64,000 nucleotides of DNA from positions 71,317 to 135,316 of the forward strand of contig CAYMBW010000001.1 in assembly GCA_964388775.1 (NCBI GenBank). Direction: 5' to 3'. Below the pieces are notes generated by a model, which did not search any database, was not told where the DNA came from, and saw only the letters and a list, made by a program, of their open reading frames with translations. The DNA comes from an uncultured Candidatus Saccharibacteria bacterium. Lineage in GTDB: Bacteria; Patescibacteriota; Minisyncoccia; Minisyncoccales; PEYH01. Below are positions 26,374-35,061 of the stretch, in pieces; position 1 is the first letter of the stretch; each line of letters opens with the position of its first letter. The position numbers were made by a program, and so were the translations under genes.

Positions 26374-26421
26374 TTTTGGAAAAAGTTATCCACAGGGCAG
26401 AGAGGATTGAAATGCGAATAG

Positions 26422-26452
26422 TTGACAAAGATTTTCAAGCAGAGTTATAATT
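26422..26452 (+). promoter_or_regulatory. near-consensus sigma70 promoter
   Basis: TTGACA, 18 nt, TATAAT; 25 nt upstream of the small ORF at 26480. Confidence 0.45.
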
Positions 26453-26479
26453 AACTTAGTTATAATTAATCATAAAAAT

Positions 26480-26608
26480 ATGGATTTTAAAAAAGCTTTA
26501 ACAGGTGGTTATGGGCCAGATGACGAATATAGAGGAGATGTTTCGGGGAGAGGAGAAAGCACTCTTAGCAGAGGAGATTTTTCGGGGAGAGGAGAGCGAG
26601 GGATTTAA
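26480..26608 (+). CDS. 42-aa small protein with tandem GD(V/F)SGRGE repeat
   Basis: ATG...TAA, below the ORF-track cutoff; internal 21-nt direct repeat gatgtttcggggagaggagaa / gatttttcggggagaggagag; own promoter and terminator. Confidence 0.35.
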   Translation: MDFKKALTGGYGPDDEYRGDVSGRGESTLSRGDFSGRGERGI

Positions 26609-26635
26609 AATAATAAAAGACATTTTTGAAATTAG

Positions 26636-26665
26636 ACAAAACGCTTTTTAAGCGTTTTGTTTTTA
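26636..26665 (+). terminator. rho-independent terminator
   Basis: AAAACGC-ttttta-AGCGTTTTGTTTTT. Confidence 0.6.
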
Positions 26666-26770
26666 TTTGTTATATTATGAGGCCAGTCCTCTTTACGAGG
26701 CTGGGTCTCTTTGCGTTTTTTGCTTATAATAAAAATATGAGATAAAATTATATAATATGAGCAACTACAT

Positions 26771-27607
26771 ATGAGCAATTACTATGTCGTCAATCTAAAA
26801 GGAGAGAGAGAACCATTTTCTTTGGTAAAAGTTTTGAGAAGCGCAAGGCGCGCCGGCGCTTCAAAGGACTTAGCGCAAAAAGTGGCATTGGAAATAGAAA
26901 AGATTGTTTATCCGGGCATAAAAACCAGTGAAATTTTTAGGAAAGTCCATCAATTTCTCAAAAAAGAGGACAAACAATCAAGTTTGCGATTCAGCTTGAA
27001 GGAAGCGATGAGGAAATTGGGCCCTAGCGGTTTTCCTTTTGAGAAATACATAGGGGAAATTTTCTCCGCGCATAAATACGAGGTCTCGTTAAATCGGAAA
27101 ATAAAAGGAAAATTCGCTCTTCATGAAATTGATTTTTTGGCGCGGAATAAAGAAAAATTATATATTGGAGAATGTAAATTCCGTATTTTTCCCGGAGAAA
27201 AAATTGATTTAGCGATAGTTCTGGCATTTTATGCCAAATTTTTAGACCTCAAGAATGGCAATTATTTTAATCTGCCAAGAAACGTTGTTTTAAAGCCAAT
27301 TTTGGTTACCAACGCAAAATTCAGCTCGCAAGCCATCAGGTACGCCAATGGTATGGAAATTGAGCTTTTGGGTTGGAGACATCCGCCAAGCAGGGGGCTG
27401 GAGTTCATGATTGAGGCGGAACAACTTTATCCCATTACAATTTTACCTTCATTTAAGGGATATTTAATGGAAGCGTGTTCGCAGGCAAGATTGATGTTCG
27501 CCAGAGATATGTTGAAAAGGAGTTCCGGAGAAATTGCCGGAGAGATTGGCATTGACGAGAACAAACTTTCTCCTTTGGTTAAAGAAGCCAAAACATTATT
27601 GGAATAG
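26771..27607 (+). CDS. ATP-cone domain fused to a restriction-endonuclease-like (Mrr/PD-(D/E)xK) domain
   Basis: N-terminal ATP-cone pattern (VVNLKGEREPFSLVKVLRSARRAG), then EIDFLARNKEKLYIGECKF (PD-ExK-like). Confidence 0.5.
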   Translation: MSNYYVVNLKGEREPFSLVKVLRSARRAGASKDLAQKVALEIEKIVYPGIKTSEIFRKVHQFLKKEDKQSSLRFSLKEAMRKLGPSGFPFEKYIGEIFSAHKYEVSLNRKIKGKFALHEIDFLARNKEKLYIGECKFRIFPGEKIDLAIVLAFYAKFLDLKNGNYFNLPRNVVLKPILVTNAKFSSQAIRYANGMEIELLGWRHPPSRGLEFMIEAEQLYPITILPSFKGYLMEACSQARLMFARDMLKRSSGEIAGEIGIDENKLSPLVKEAKTLLE

Positions 27608-27686
27608 CTTGGAAAAAAATTAAAAGACCGTTTTCACGCGGTTTTTGGTTTTACAAAACCATATTTTAAGGTTAAACTGAAAAAAT

Positions 27687-29402
27687 ATGGACAAAGAGGA
27701 ATTAATAGGCCTTGTCAAAAAGGCGATTTTAATAGCTCAAAAAGAAGGCAAACTTCCTGATTTTAATATTGCGGAAATCTCGATAAATTATTCTGAAAAA
27801 AAGGAATATGGAGATTACAATACTCCGATAGCGTTTTCTATTGCCAAACAAATCAATCAGACCCCGGATTCAGTGGCAAAAATTTTGGCTGATTATCTAT
27901 CACAGAAAGAAGAGACAAAATCTGCAAAAGCACAGGGCGGGTTTGTAAACTTTTATCTTACAGATAAAGACCTGCAAGATTCCTTGAAAATTATTTTGAA
28001 ACAGAAAGACAAATACGGCTCCAGCAACAAAGGCAAAGACAAAACAATGGTCATAGATTATTCCGCGCCCAATATTGCCAAGCCGTTTGGAGTCGGTCAT
28101 TTGCGTTCTACAATTATCGGGCAGGCAATCTATAATTTGTATAAATTTTTGGGCTGGAAGTGCATAGGCGACAATCATCTCGGCGATTGGGGAACTCAAT
28201 TCGGTAAACTTATTATTGCAATCAAGAAATGGAATAAAAAGCCGTTAAAAGAATTAACTGTCTTGGATTTGCAGGCATTATATGTTCGGCTCCATACGGA
28301 AGCGGAAACCCAGCCAGAACTTTTAAAAGAATCAAGAGAATGGTTTAGAAAGCTTGAACAGGGAGATAAAGAGGCCCAAGAAATTTGGAAAATATGTGTG
28401 GATATAAGTATGGAAGAATTTAAAAAGATTTATGATATTCTTGGGGTTAAGATAGATGAGGCCTTGGGAGAAAGTTTTTATGAGGATAAAATGAAAGCGA
28501 TAATTGAGAGCGCTAAAAAAAAGGGCATCGCCCAAAAGAGCCGAGGTGCATTAGTAATCGTCTTGCCCGGGATGAATGTTCCTTTAATGCTTTTAAAATC
28601 AGATGGAGCCACTACTTACGAAACAAGGGATTTGGCAACCATCAAATATAGGTTGGAAAAATGGAAACCGGACTTGATTGTCTATGAAGTTGGGGCTGAC
28701 CAACGGTTTCATTTTGAAAAAGTATTTAAGGCAGCAGAAATGCTCGGCTACAGCAAGGGCATTAAGCTCAAACATATTGCCCATGGATTGATTCGCTGGG
28801 AAGATAGAAAATTTTCTACCAGAAAAGGAGACACTATTGCCTTGGAAGAGGTCTTGAACGAAGCGGTCAAAAGAGCCAAAGATATTATTTTAAAATCAAA
28901 AGAAAATCAAGATATCAGCGCTGAACAGAGAGAGCAAATTGCCGAGCAGGTCGGAATCGGGGCGGTGAAATATAATGACTTATCCCGCCAACCGGAGAAA
29001 GATATTATATTTGACTTGGACGATATGGTAACATTGGAAGGTAATTCGGGTCCCTATCTTCAATATACCGCTGTGCGATGCCAAAGCGTTTTGGACAAGG
29101 CCGGCAAAATAAAGAAAGAGACAGGGATTGCTGCTTTAAACCCAGAAGAAAAATCCGTAATATGTCTTTTAAAAATTTTCCCGGAGATTATAGAAGAATC
29201 AGCCAAAACTTTTTCCCCGAATTTGATTTGTAATTTTGCTTTTGATTTGTCTCAAAAATATAATATTTTTTATGAAAAATGCTCAATTTTAAATGCCGAT
29301 AGCGAGCAGAAGAAGCTCCGCCTTGCCATAACCGCTGCGACCAGGCAAGTTTTAGAAAATAGCTTGGAATTATTGGGAATAGCCGTTCCCGAAAAAATGT
29401 AA
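27687..29402 (+). CDS. argS: arginyl-tRNA synthetase
   Basis: PNIAKPFGVGHLRSTIIGQAI (HIGH region), DALR anticodon-binding domain; 571 aa. Confidence 0.9.
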   Translation: MDKEELIGLVKKAILIAQKEGKLPDFNIAEISINYSEKKEYGDYNTPIAFSIAKQINQTPDSVAKILADYLSQKEETKSAKAQGGFVNFYLTDKDLQDSLKIILKQKDKYGSSNKGKDKTMVIDYSAPNIAKPFGVGHLRSTIIGQAIYNLYKFLGWKCIGDNHLGDWGTQFGKLIIAIKKWNKKPLKELTVLDLQALYVRLHTEAETQPELLKESREWFRKLEQGDKEAQEIWKICVDISMEEFKKIYDILGVKIDEALGESFYEDKMKAIIESAKKKGIAQKSRGALVIVLPGMNVPLMLLKSDGATTYETRDLATIKYRLEKWKPDLIVYEVGADQRFHFEKVFKAAEMLGYSKGIKLKHIAHGLIRWEDRKFSTRKGDTIALEEVLNEAVKRAKDIILKSKENQDISAEQREQIAEQVGIGAVKYNDLSRQPEKDIIFDLDDMVTLEGNSGPYLQYTAVRCQSVLDKAGKIKKETGIAALNPEEKSVICLLKIFPEIIEESAKTFSPNLICNFAFDLSQKYNIFYEKCSILNADSEQKKLRLAITAATRQVLENSLELLGIAVPEKM

Positions 29403-29403
29403 C

Positions 29404-32400
29404 ATGGAAATAATTTTTCCTAAAATTGAAGAGAAAATAATAAAGTTTTGGAAAGAAAACCGGATTTTTGAAAAATCCTTGGAGAAAAAAGGAGGAGATT
29501 TTATTTTTTATGAAGGTCCGCCAACGGCCAATGGAAAGCCGGGAGTTCATCACGTTTTAGCGAGAGCGCTAAAAGATATAATCTGCCGTTATCAGACAAT
29601 GAAAGGGAAAAGGGTTTTAAGAAAAGCGGGATGGGATGTGCATGGGCTTCCGGTTGAACTGGAAGTTGAAAAACAGCTTGGATTACGGGATAAGAAAGAC
29701 ATAGAGAAATACGGAATAGCGCAATTTAATAAAGAGTGCAAGAAATCCATTTGGAAATATGCCGGCGAGTGGAAGGACCTTACGGAAAGAATTGGCTATT
29801 GGCTGGATATGGAGAATCCTTATGTCACTTCCGACCCTTATTATATGGAAAGTGTTTTTTATATAATTAAAAGGGTCTGGGAAAAGGGGCTGTTGTATCA
29901 AGGATATAAAGTTCTGCCTTATTGTCCGCGTTGCGGGACCGGGCTTTCGTCCCATGAAGTGGCGCAGGGATACAAAAAAATAGCGGAGAAAGCCATATAT
30001 GTGAAGTTTAAAGTCCAAAGTCCAAAGTCAAAAGTCCAAAGTCCAAAGTCCAAGGTCAAAAATGTAGAGACGGAAGACAATACTTATTTATTGGTTTGGA
30101 CAACAACCCCGTGGACCTTGCCGGCAAATGTGGCCATAGCCGTTAATCCGAAAATTGAATATGTCTTGGCAGAAAAAAATGGAGAGCAATTAATTTTGGC
30201 TAAAGCGAGGCAGGCAGTTTTGGGTGATGATTTTGAAATAATGCAGGAATTTAAAGGAAAGGATTTGGTCGGATTAAATTATGCTCCATTGTTCGACGAG
30301 AGCGTTGTTTCCGCGCAATCAGAAGGAAAGAATATTTATCAAGTTTTGCCGGCGCACTTTGTCACCACAGAGGAAGGAACCGGATTAGTCCATATTGCTC
30401 CTGCCTTTGGTCAGGATGATATGGAACTTATAAAAAGTCAAAATACAAAACCCAAAACAAAAAGTGGCGGAAGCGGAGAATTTCCGATTTTATTACCCGT
30501 GGATGAAAGCGGTAGATTCAGGCCGGAGGTAAAAGAATGGGCAGGGATATTTGTAAAAGACGCTGACCCGTTGATTACGGAACACTTGAGACAAAAGGGG
30601 CTTCTATTTAAGGAAGAAACACATGAACATGATTATCCATTTTGCTGGAGGTGCGATACTCCGCTTTTATACTACGCCAAAAAAAGCTGGTTTATAAAAA
30701 CAACAGCTCTTAAGAATAAATTAATAAGCAATAATCAAAAAATTAACTGGATGCCTTTGCACATAAAGGATGGAAGATTCGGCGAGTGGTTAAACGAGCT
30801 TAAGGATTGGGCTATTTCCCGCGAAAGATATTGGGGCACGCCCTTACCTATTTGGGAATGCCAAAAGTGCGCCGAAAAAATAGTTATTGGTTCAAGAAGT
30901 GATTTATTAAAACAAACATTTACGGCTAACAAATATTTTGTATTAAGGCACGGAGAGGCCGTCTCTAATGTAGAGGATTCGTTTTCTTCTTGGCCGGAGG
31001 GCAAAAAAGCGCCGCTTACTGAAAAAGGAAAAGAACAGCTGAAAAAACAAATACCATCATTGAAAAATAAAAAAATTGATTTAATAATTTCGTCAGATAT
31101 TTTGCGGACTTCGCAAACCGCGGAGATAATGGCAGATGCCCTGGGCGCCCAGGTTGTTTATGATGAACGTTTACGCGAGATAAACACCGGCTTATTGAAC
31201 GGAAGAGCGGTTCAGGAGGGAGTCAAGTACTTTAACCCGGACAATAGTTTGACTCGCGACCAGATTCTTTTGAAAAGATTTGAAGCCCAATTCCCCGAGG
31301 GAGAGAATTATTCAGAGGTAAAATTAAGAGAGCTGGATTTCATAGATGATATTAATAGAAAATATAAGGGCAAAAAGATATTGCTCGTGAGCCACGAGTT
31401 GCCAATTATGATGCTTAAAAGCATTGTCCTTGGTTTGACGAATAAAGAGTTCGTTGATAACGAGGAGGACCTTTCTATCGATACGGGAAAATTTCAGGAA
31501 TTGGATTTTCGTGCTTTTCCATATAATACAGAGGGAGAATTGGATTTTCATAGGCCATATATTGATGAAATAAAATTTGCTTGTCCCAAATGCGGAGGGA
31601 TAATGCAGCGAGTGCCGGAAGTTATGGATTGCTGGCTTGACTCCGGCTCAATGCCATTCGCTCAAGGCCATTGGCCCCTTAATGACCAATTATCAATAAT
31701 CAAAAATCATTTAGCGCCGCCGGAGTTATTCCCTGCTGACTACATCAGCGAGGCGATAGACCAAACAAGAGGATGGTTTTATACTCTTTTAGCGATTTCC
31801 ACTTTATTGGGATTCGGGCCGAGCTATAAAAATGTGATTGTTTCGGGGCACGTGCTGGATGAGAATAGTCAAAAAATGTCTAAATCCAAGGGCAATGTGG
31901 TTGACCCCTGGGAGATGGTGAAGAAATATGGAGCAGACGCTTTAAGATGGTATTTTTATACGGTTAACCAGCCGGGAGACCCAAAATCATTTATTGAAAA
32001 AGATGTTGATAACGCCCTAAAGAAATTCATTCTCACTTTATGGAATTGTCATATTTTCCTCCAGACATACAAGCCCAAAAATTTAGACCTAAATTCGCAG
32101 AGATTAAAGCCAAACAATTTGCTTGACAAATGGATTCTGTCTAAACTTAATGGTTTAATTATGGAAGTAACCGTCAACATTGATGCCTATAATATTACTG
32201 CCGCAGCGCGTCTGATTGAGGATTTTGTCATAAATGATTTGTCCCTATGGCATATTAGACGTTCCCGCAATCGATTGCAGAGACCCAAGGACGCAAAAGA
32301 AGCGGAAGAATCAGCATCTATTTTAGCAGCCGTTCTTACCAATATTTGTAAATTAACTGCGCCATTTATTCCTTTTTTGAGCGAAGAGATTTATCGAGAG

Positions 32401-32982
32401 ATAAATGGAAAAGACAAGAGCGTTCATTTAGCAAGCTGGCCGAAAGCGGATAAGGCGAAAATTAACAAGGAATTGGAAGAAGAAATGAAGGCGATTAGAG
32501 AGATTGTCGCCCTTGGCCTTAAAATAAGGAGCGATGAAGGAATCAAAGTAAGGCAACCGCTCAAAAAACTAAAAATTAAAAATGAAAAATTAAAAGTAGG
32601 GGAAGGACTGATTGAGTTGATAAAAGAGGAATTAAATGTTAAAGAGGTGGAGTTTCAGGTTGATGGAGAAAAGAGTGACAGTTGGGATTTGGAATATGAC
32701 CTTGAAATCACCGAAGAGCTTAAAAACGAAGGGATTATTAGGGACATTATCAGACAGATTCAAAATATGAGGAAAAAATCCGGGTGTAAACCAGAGGACA
32801 GAATTACGATTTATTACTCCGCAATAGGGAGTTTGTCCGGGTTGATGACCGGGAAAAAACAGGAATTATTGTCTCAAGTCGGAGCAGAGGATTTAATTTC
32901 TTCAAAAGAAGACAAGGGACTTAAAATAGAATCAATTTCAAAAATAGACGGTCAAGAGCTTTGGTTGGGCTTAAAATTATAG
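29404..32982 (+). CDS. ileS: isoleucyl-tRNA synthetase with ~200-aa inserted histidine-phosphatase (PGAM-like) domain and a 7-nt-repeat insert
   Basis: HIGH (PPTANGKPGVHHVLA), KMSKS (KMSKSKGN); an RHGE domain (VLRHGEAVSN...LTEKGKEQ...SSDILRTSQTA...SHE) lies between the CQKC and CPKCGG zinc motifs; KVQSPKSKVQSPKSKV encoded by 30012-30060. Confidence 0.9.
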   Translation: MEIIFPKIEEKIIKFWKENRIFEKSLEKKGGDFIFYEGPPTANGKPGVHHVLARALKDIICRYQTMKGKRVLRKAGWDVHGLPVELEVEKQLGLRDKKDIEKYGIAQFNKECKKSIWKYAGEWKDLTERIGYWLDMENPYVTSDPYYMESVFYIIKRVWEKGLLYQGYKVLPYCPRCGTGLSSHEVAQGYKKIAEKAIYVKFKVQSPKSKVQSPKSKVKNVETEDNTYLLVWTTTPWTLPANVAIAVNPKIEYVLAEKNGEQLILAKARQAVLGDDFEIMQEFKGKDLVGLNYAPLFDESVVSAQSEGKNIYQVLPAHFVTTEEGTGLVHIAPAFGQDDMELIKSQNTKPKTKSGGSGEFPILLPVDESGRFRPEVKEWAGIFVKDADPLITEHLRQKGLLFKEETHEHDYPFCWRCDTPLLYYAKKSWFIKTTALKNKLISNNQKINWMPLHIKDGRFGEWLNELKDWAISRERYWGTPLPIWECQKCAEKIVIGSRSDLLKQTFTANKYFVLRHGEAVSNVEDSFSSWPEGKKAPLTEKGKEQLKKQIPSLKNKKIDLIISSDILRTSQTAEIMADALGAQVVYDERLREINTGLLNGRAVQEGVKYFNPDNSLTRDQILLKRFEAQFPEGENYSEVKLRELDFIDDINRKYKGKKILLVSHELPIMMLKSIVLGLTNKEFVDNEEDLSIDTGKFQELDFRAFPYNTEGELDFHRPYIDEIKFACPKCGGIMQRVPEVMDCWLDSGSMPFAQGHWPLNDQLSIIKNHLAPPELFPADYISEAIDQTRGWFYTLLAISTLLGFGPSYKNVIVSGHVLDENSQKMSKSKGNVVDPWEMVKKYGADALRWYFYTVNQPGDPKSFIEKDVDNALKKFILTLWNCHIFLQTYKPKNLDLNSQRLKPNNLLDKWILSKLNGLIMEVTVNIDAYNITAAARLIEDFVINDLSLWHIRRSRNRLQRPKDAKEAEESASILAAVLTNICKLTAPFIPFLSEEIYREINGKDKSVHLASWPKADKAKINKELEEEMKAIREIVALGLKIRSDEGIKVRQPLKKLKIKNEKLKVGEGLIELIKEELNVKEVEFQVDGEKSDSWDLEYDLEITEELKNEGIIRDIIRQIQNMRKKSGCKPEDRITIYYSAIGSLSGLMTGKKQELLSQVGAEDLISSKEDKGLKIESISKIDGQELWLGLKL
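30012..30060 (+). repeat. 7 tandem units of the heptanucleotide AGTCCAA/GTCCAAA inside ileS
   Basis: Period 7 nt; in frame overall (encodes SKVQSPK heptads); related arrays at 11427-11475, 43048-43075, 46214-46248, 46893-46920, 47164-47195 and 47570-47625. Confidence 0.85.
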
Positions 32983-32994
32983 TAAAATAAATAT

Positions 32995-33429
32995 ATGGCG
33001 ATTCCTAAATTTTTAAAAACTTTTTTAACTACGGTCAGCTCCAAGCCCCAGTCATCTACGGGGAGTTTTGGCGAAAAGCGTGCTCTTGAAGGGGAAATTA
33101 CGAAACGTCTCGGCGGAGACAAGGGGCTTTTCAAGGGGAAGCCCTTTCTAAGGAGACCTGATTTTCGTCGGGCGTTGAAAAAGGCGCCGGAAAGATTCCC
33201 CGGAGTAGTCGGCGGATTTACCGAAAAAGAGAGAGTGGCCCTTGAAGAAGGATTATTCCCGAAAGAGAAATTCGGAGTATATATTACACCCTATGAAGTG
33301 AACCGCCGCTTAAAGAGTTTAAAGAGCGAGATGATACGCGAAAGGGACATAGGCAGAAAACTCGAAACAAGAAAACAAATGCAGTATTTAGAAGCATTAA
33401 AGGGGAAAAAAGAAGAAAATGAGAAATAA
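32995..33429 (+). CDS. hypothetical basic protein
   Basis: 144-aa ORF; 11-bp overlap with the next gene. Confidence 0.35.
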   Translation: MAIPKFLKTFLTTVSSKPQSSTGSFGEKRALEGEITKRLGGDKGLFKGKPFLRRPDFRRALKKAPERFPGVVGGFTEKERVALEEGLFPKEKFGVYITPYEVNRRLKSLKSEMIRERDIGRKLETRKQMQYLEALKGKKEENEK

Positions 33430-35056
33430 AATATTGCTTATTATCATAGTCGCCTTTTTTATTTTAGGAGCAGTTGGCTATTGGCTCTATCAAAGAAACG
33501 ATTATTCTAAAGAGGTTTTACGGGTGGACATTTTGGGACCGGATTCCGCTTCCGCAGGACAACAAGTGGAATACACCGTAAGGATTAAAAATAACGGTGA
33601 TGTTCGTTTAGAAGAACCTCGTCTTATTTTTGAATTTCCAAATACTGTTCAGCCGATGAATGGCGAGGGATTAAGAGTAACGAAAGAAAGCGATGCGTTC
33701 GATGATAGGGCAATATACCCCGGACAAGAAAAAACTTTCCGTTTCCAAGCGATAATTTTTGGGAAACAGGGAGAGCTGAAAGAGGCAAAAGCGACGGTTT
33801 CTTACCATCCAAAAAACATCAAAGCAACATATGTTTCGAGAACCAGCCAGCTGATGACTATCAATGATGTCCCCTTGACTTTTGAATTTGATATTCCTTC
33901 AAGTTTGGGAGGAGGGCAGGAATTGGATTTTTCCTTAAATTATTTTTCCAGCATTGATTATCCTTTGTCTGATTTACAGATTAAAATCACTTATCCTTCG
34001 GATTTCTCTCTTAAAGAAACCGACCCGAAGGGGCTCTCTGATATTGAGTGGAGCATCCCTTTGTTGAATAAGGCAGAAGGCGGAAGAATTGATATAAAGG
34101 GGAGTTTGTCAGGAGAGGTCGGTTCAACAAAAATATTTAAAGCCGAGCTTGGGATGTGGAAAGACGGCAATCTCATAGTTCTTAAAGAAACGGCAAAACA
34201 GGTAAAAATCGTAGAGCAGTCGTTGTATATTACCCAGATAATTAATGGTTCTCCCGAGTATGTCGCTAACCCGGGAGACCTGCTCCATTACGAAATTGCT
34301 TTTAGGAACATAGGGAGTTCTCCCCTACAGAATTTGTTTTTGGCCAGTAAGCTCAATAGCCAATTATTTGATTTCGGGACTATTAAAACGCCCGACGGCC
34401 AAACGCAAACGGGCGATAACTCCATAATTTGGGACTGGCATAAAATTCCCAAACTGCAGTTTTTGGATGCCGGGGAAGAGGGCTTGGTTGAGTTCTGGGT
34501 TGAATTAAAAAGAGAAGCAGAAGGAATGAGCAGCGCCAAGATAGAGAGTGAAATTATTCTGGGACAAGCAAGAAGAAAATTTGTTAATAAGGTTAATGCC
34601 AATGTGGAGCTTGCTCAAGATGCCTTTGTGGACGATGAGATTTTTGGCAGTCAGGGCAATTTCCCGCTTACAATTGATAAAGAAAGCAATTTTACCGTTG
34701 TTTGGAAAATAAAAAATTACTATAACCCGGTTAAAGGCGCTAAGGTAAGGGCGGTTCTGCCGGCAGGCATTAGTTTGACCGGACAAATAATACCCCAGAA
34801 ACTTAGTTTTGACCCGGAGACAAGAGAAATAATTTGGACGGCCGGTGATTTGCCGGCTAATCAAGGGATAAATGAACCGCTTCAGCTCGCTTTTCAAGTT
34901 AAATTAAAACCAAATGCCAGTCAGCAAGGAAATTTTGTTGAGTTGGTGAAAGATACGGTGTTTAGCGGACTTGATGAGTGGACCGAGAAGGACCTGCAAA
35001 CAGGGCCATCACTTTTAACTACTGAAGCTTTTGGCGATAACGGAAAAGTAAGATAA
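33419..35056 (+). CDS. membrane-anchored surface protein with DUF11/CARDB-like repeat domains
   Basis: N-terminal TM helix; SASAGQQVEYTVRIKNNGDV and ANPGDLLHYEIAFRNIGSSPL resemble DUF11 repeats. Confidence 0.55.
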   Translation: MRNKILLIIIVAFFILGAVGYWLYQRNDYSKEVLRVDILGPDSASAGQQVEYTVRIKNNGDVRLEEPRLIFEFPNTVQPMNGEGLRVTKESDAFDDRAIYPGQEKTFRFQAIIFGKQGELKEAKATVSYHPKNIKATYVSRTSQLMTINDVPLTFEFDIPSSLGGGQELDFSLNYFSSIDYPLSDLQIKITYPSDFSLKETDPKGLSDIEWSIPLLNKAEGGRIDIKGSLSGEVGSTKIFKAELGMWKDGNLIVLKETAKQVKIVEQSLYITQIINGSPEYVANPGDLLHYEIAFRNIGSSPLQNLFLASKLNSQLFDFGTIKTPDGQTQTGDNSIIWDWHKIPKLQFLDAGEEGLVEFWVELKREAEGMSSAKIESEIILGQARRKFVNKVNANVELAQDAFVDDEIFGSQGNFPLTIDKESNFTVVWKIKNYYNPVKGAKVRAVLPAGISLTGQIIPQKLSFDPETREIIWTAGDLPANQGINEPLQLAFQVKLKPNASQQGNFVELVKDTVFSGLDEWTEKDLQTGPSLLTTEAFGDNGKVR

Positions 35057-35061
35057 AAAAT

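Noticed and set aside
27608-27686. T-box leaders upstream of the aminoacyl-tRNA synthetase genes (argS, glyQS, metG, leuS)
   Set aside because: The intergenic regions are 0-80 nt, or the genes overlap. There is no space for a T-box of about 200 nt and no specifier/T-box motif was seen.
30012-30060. The short periodic GTCCAAA repeats considered as a CRISPR array
   Set aside because: The unit is only 7 nt with no spacers, lies inside coding sequence in frame, and no cas genes are present.
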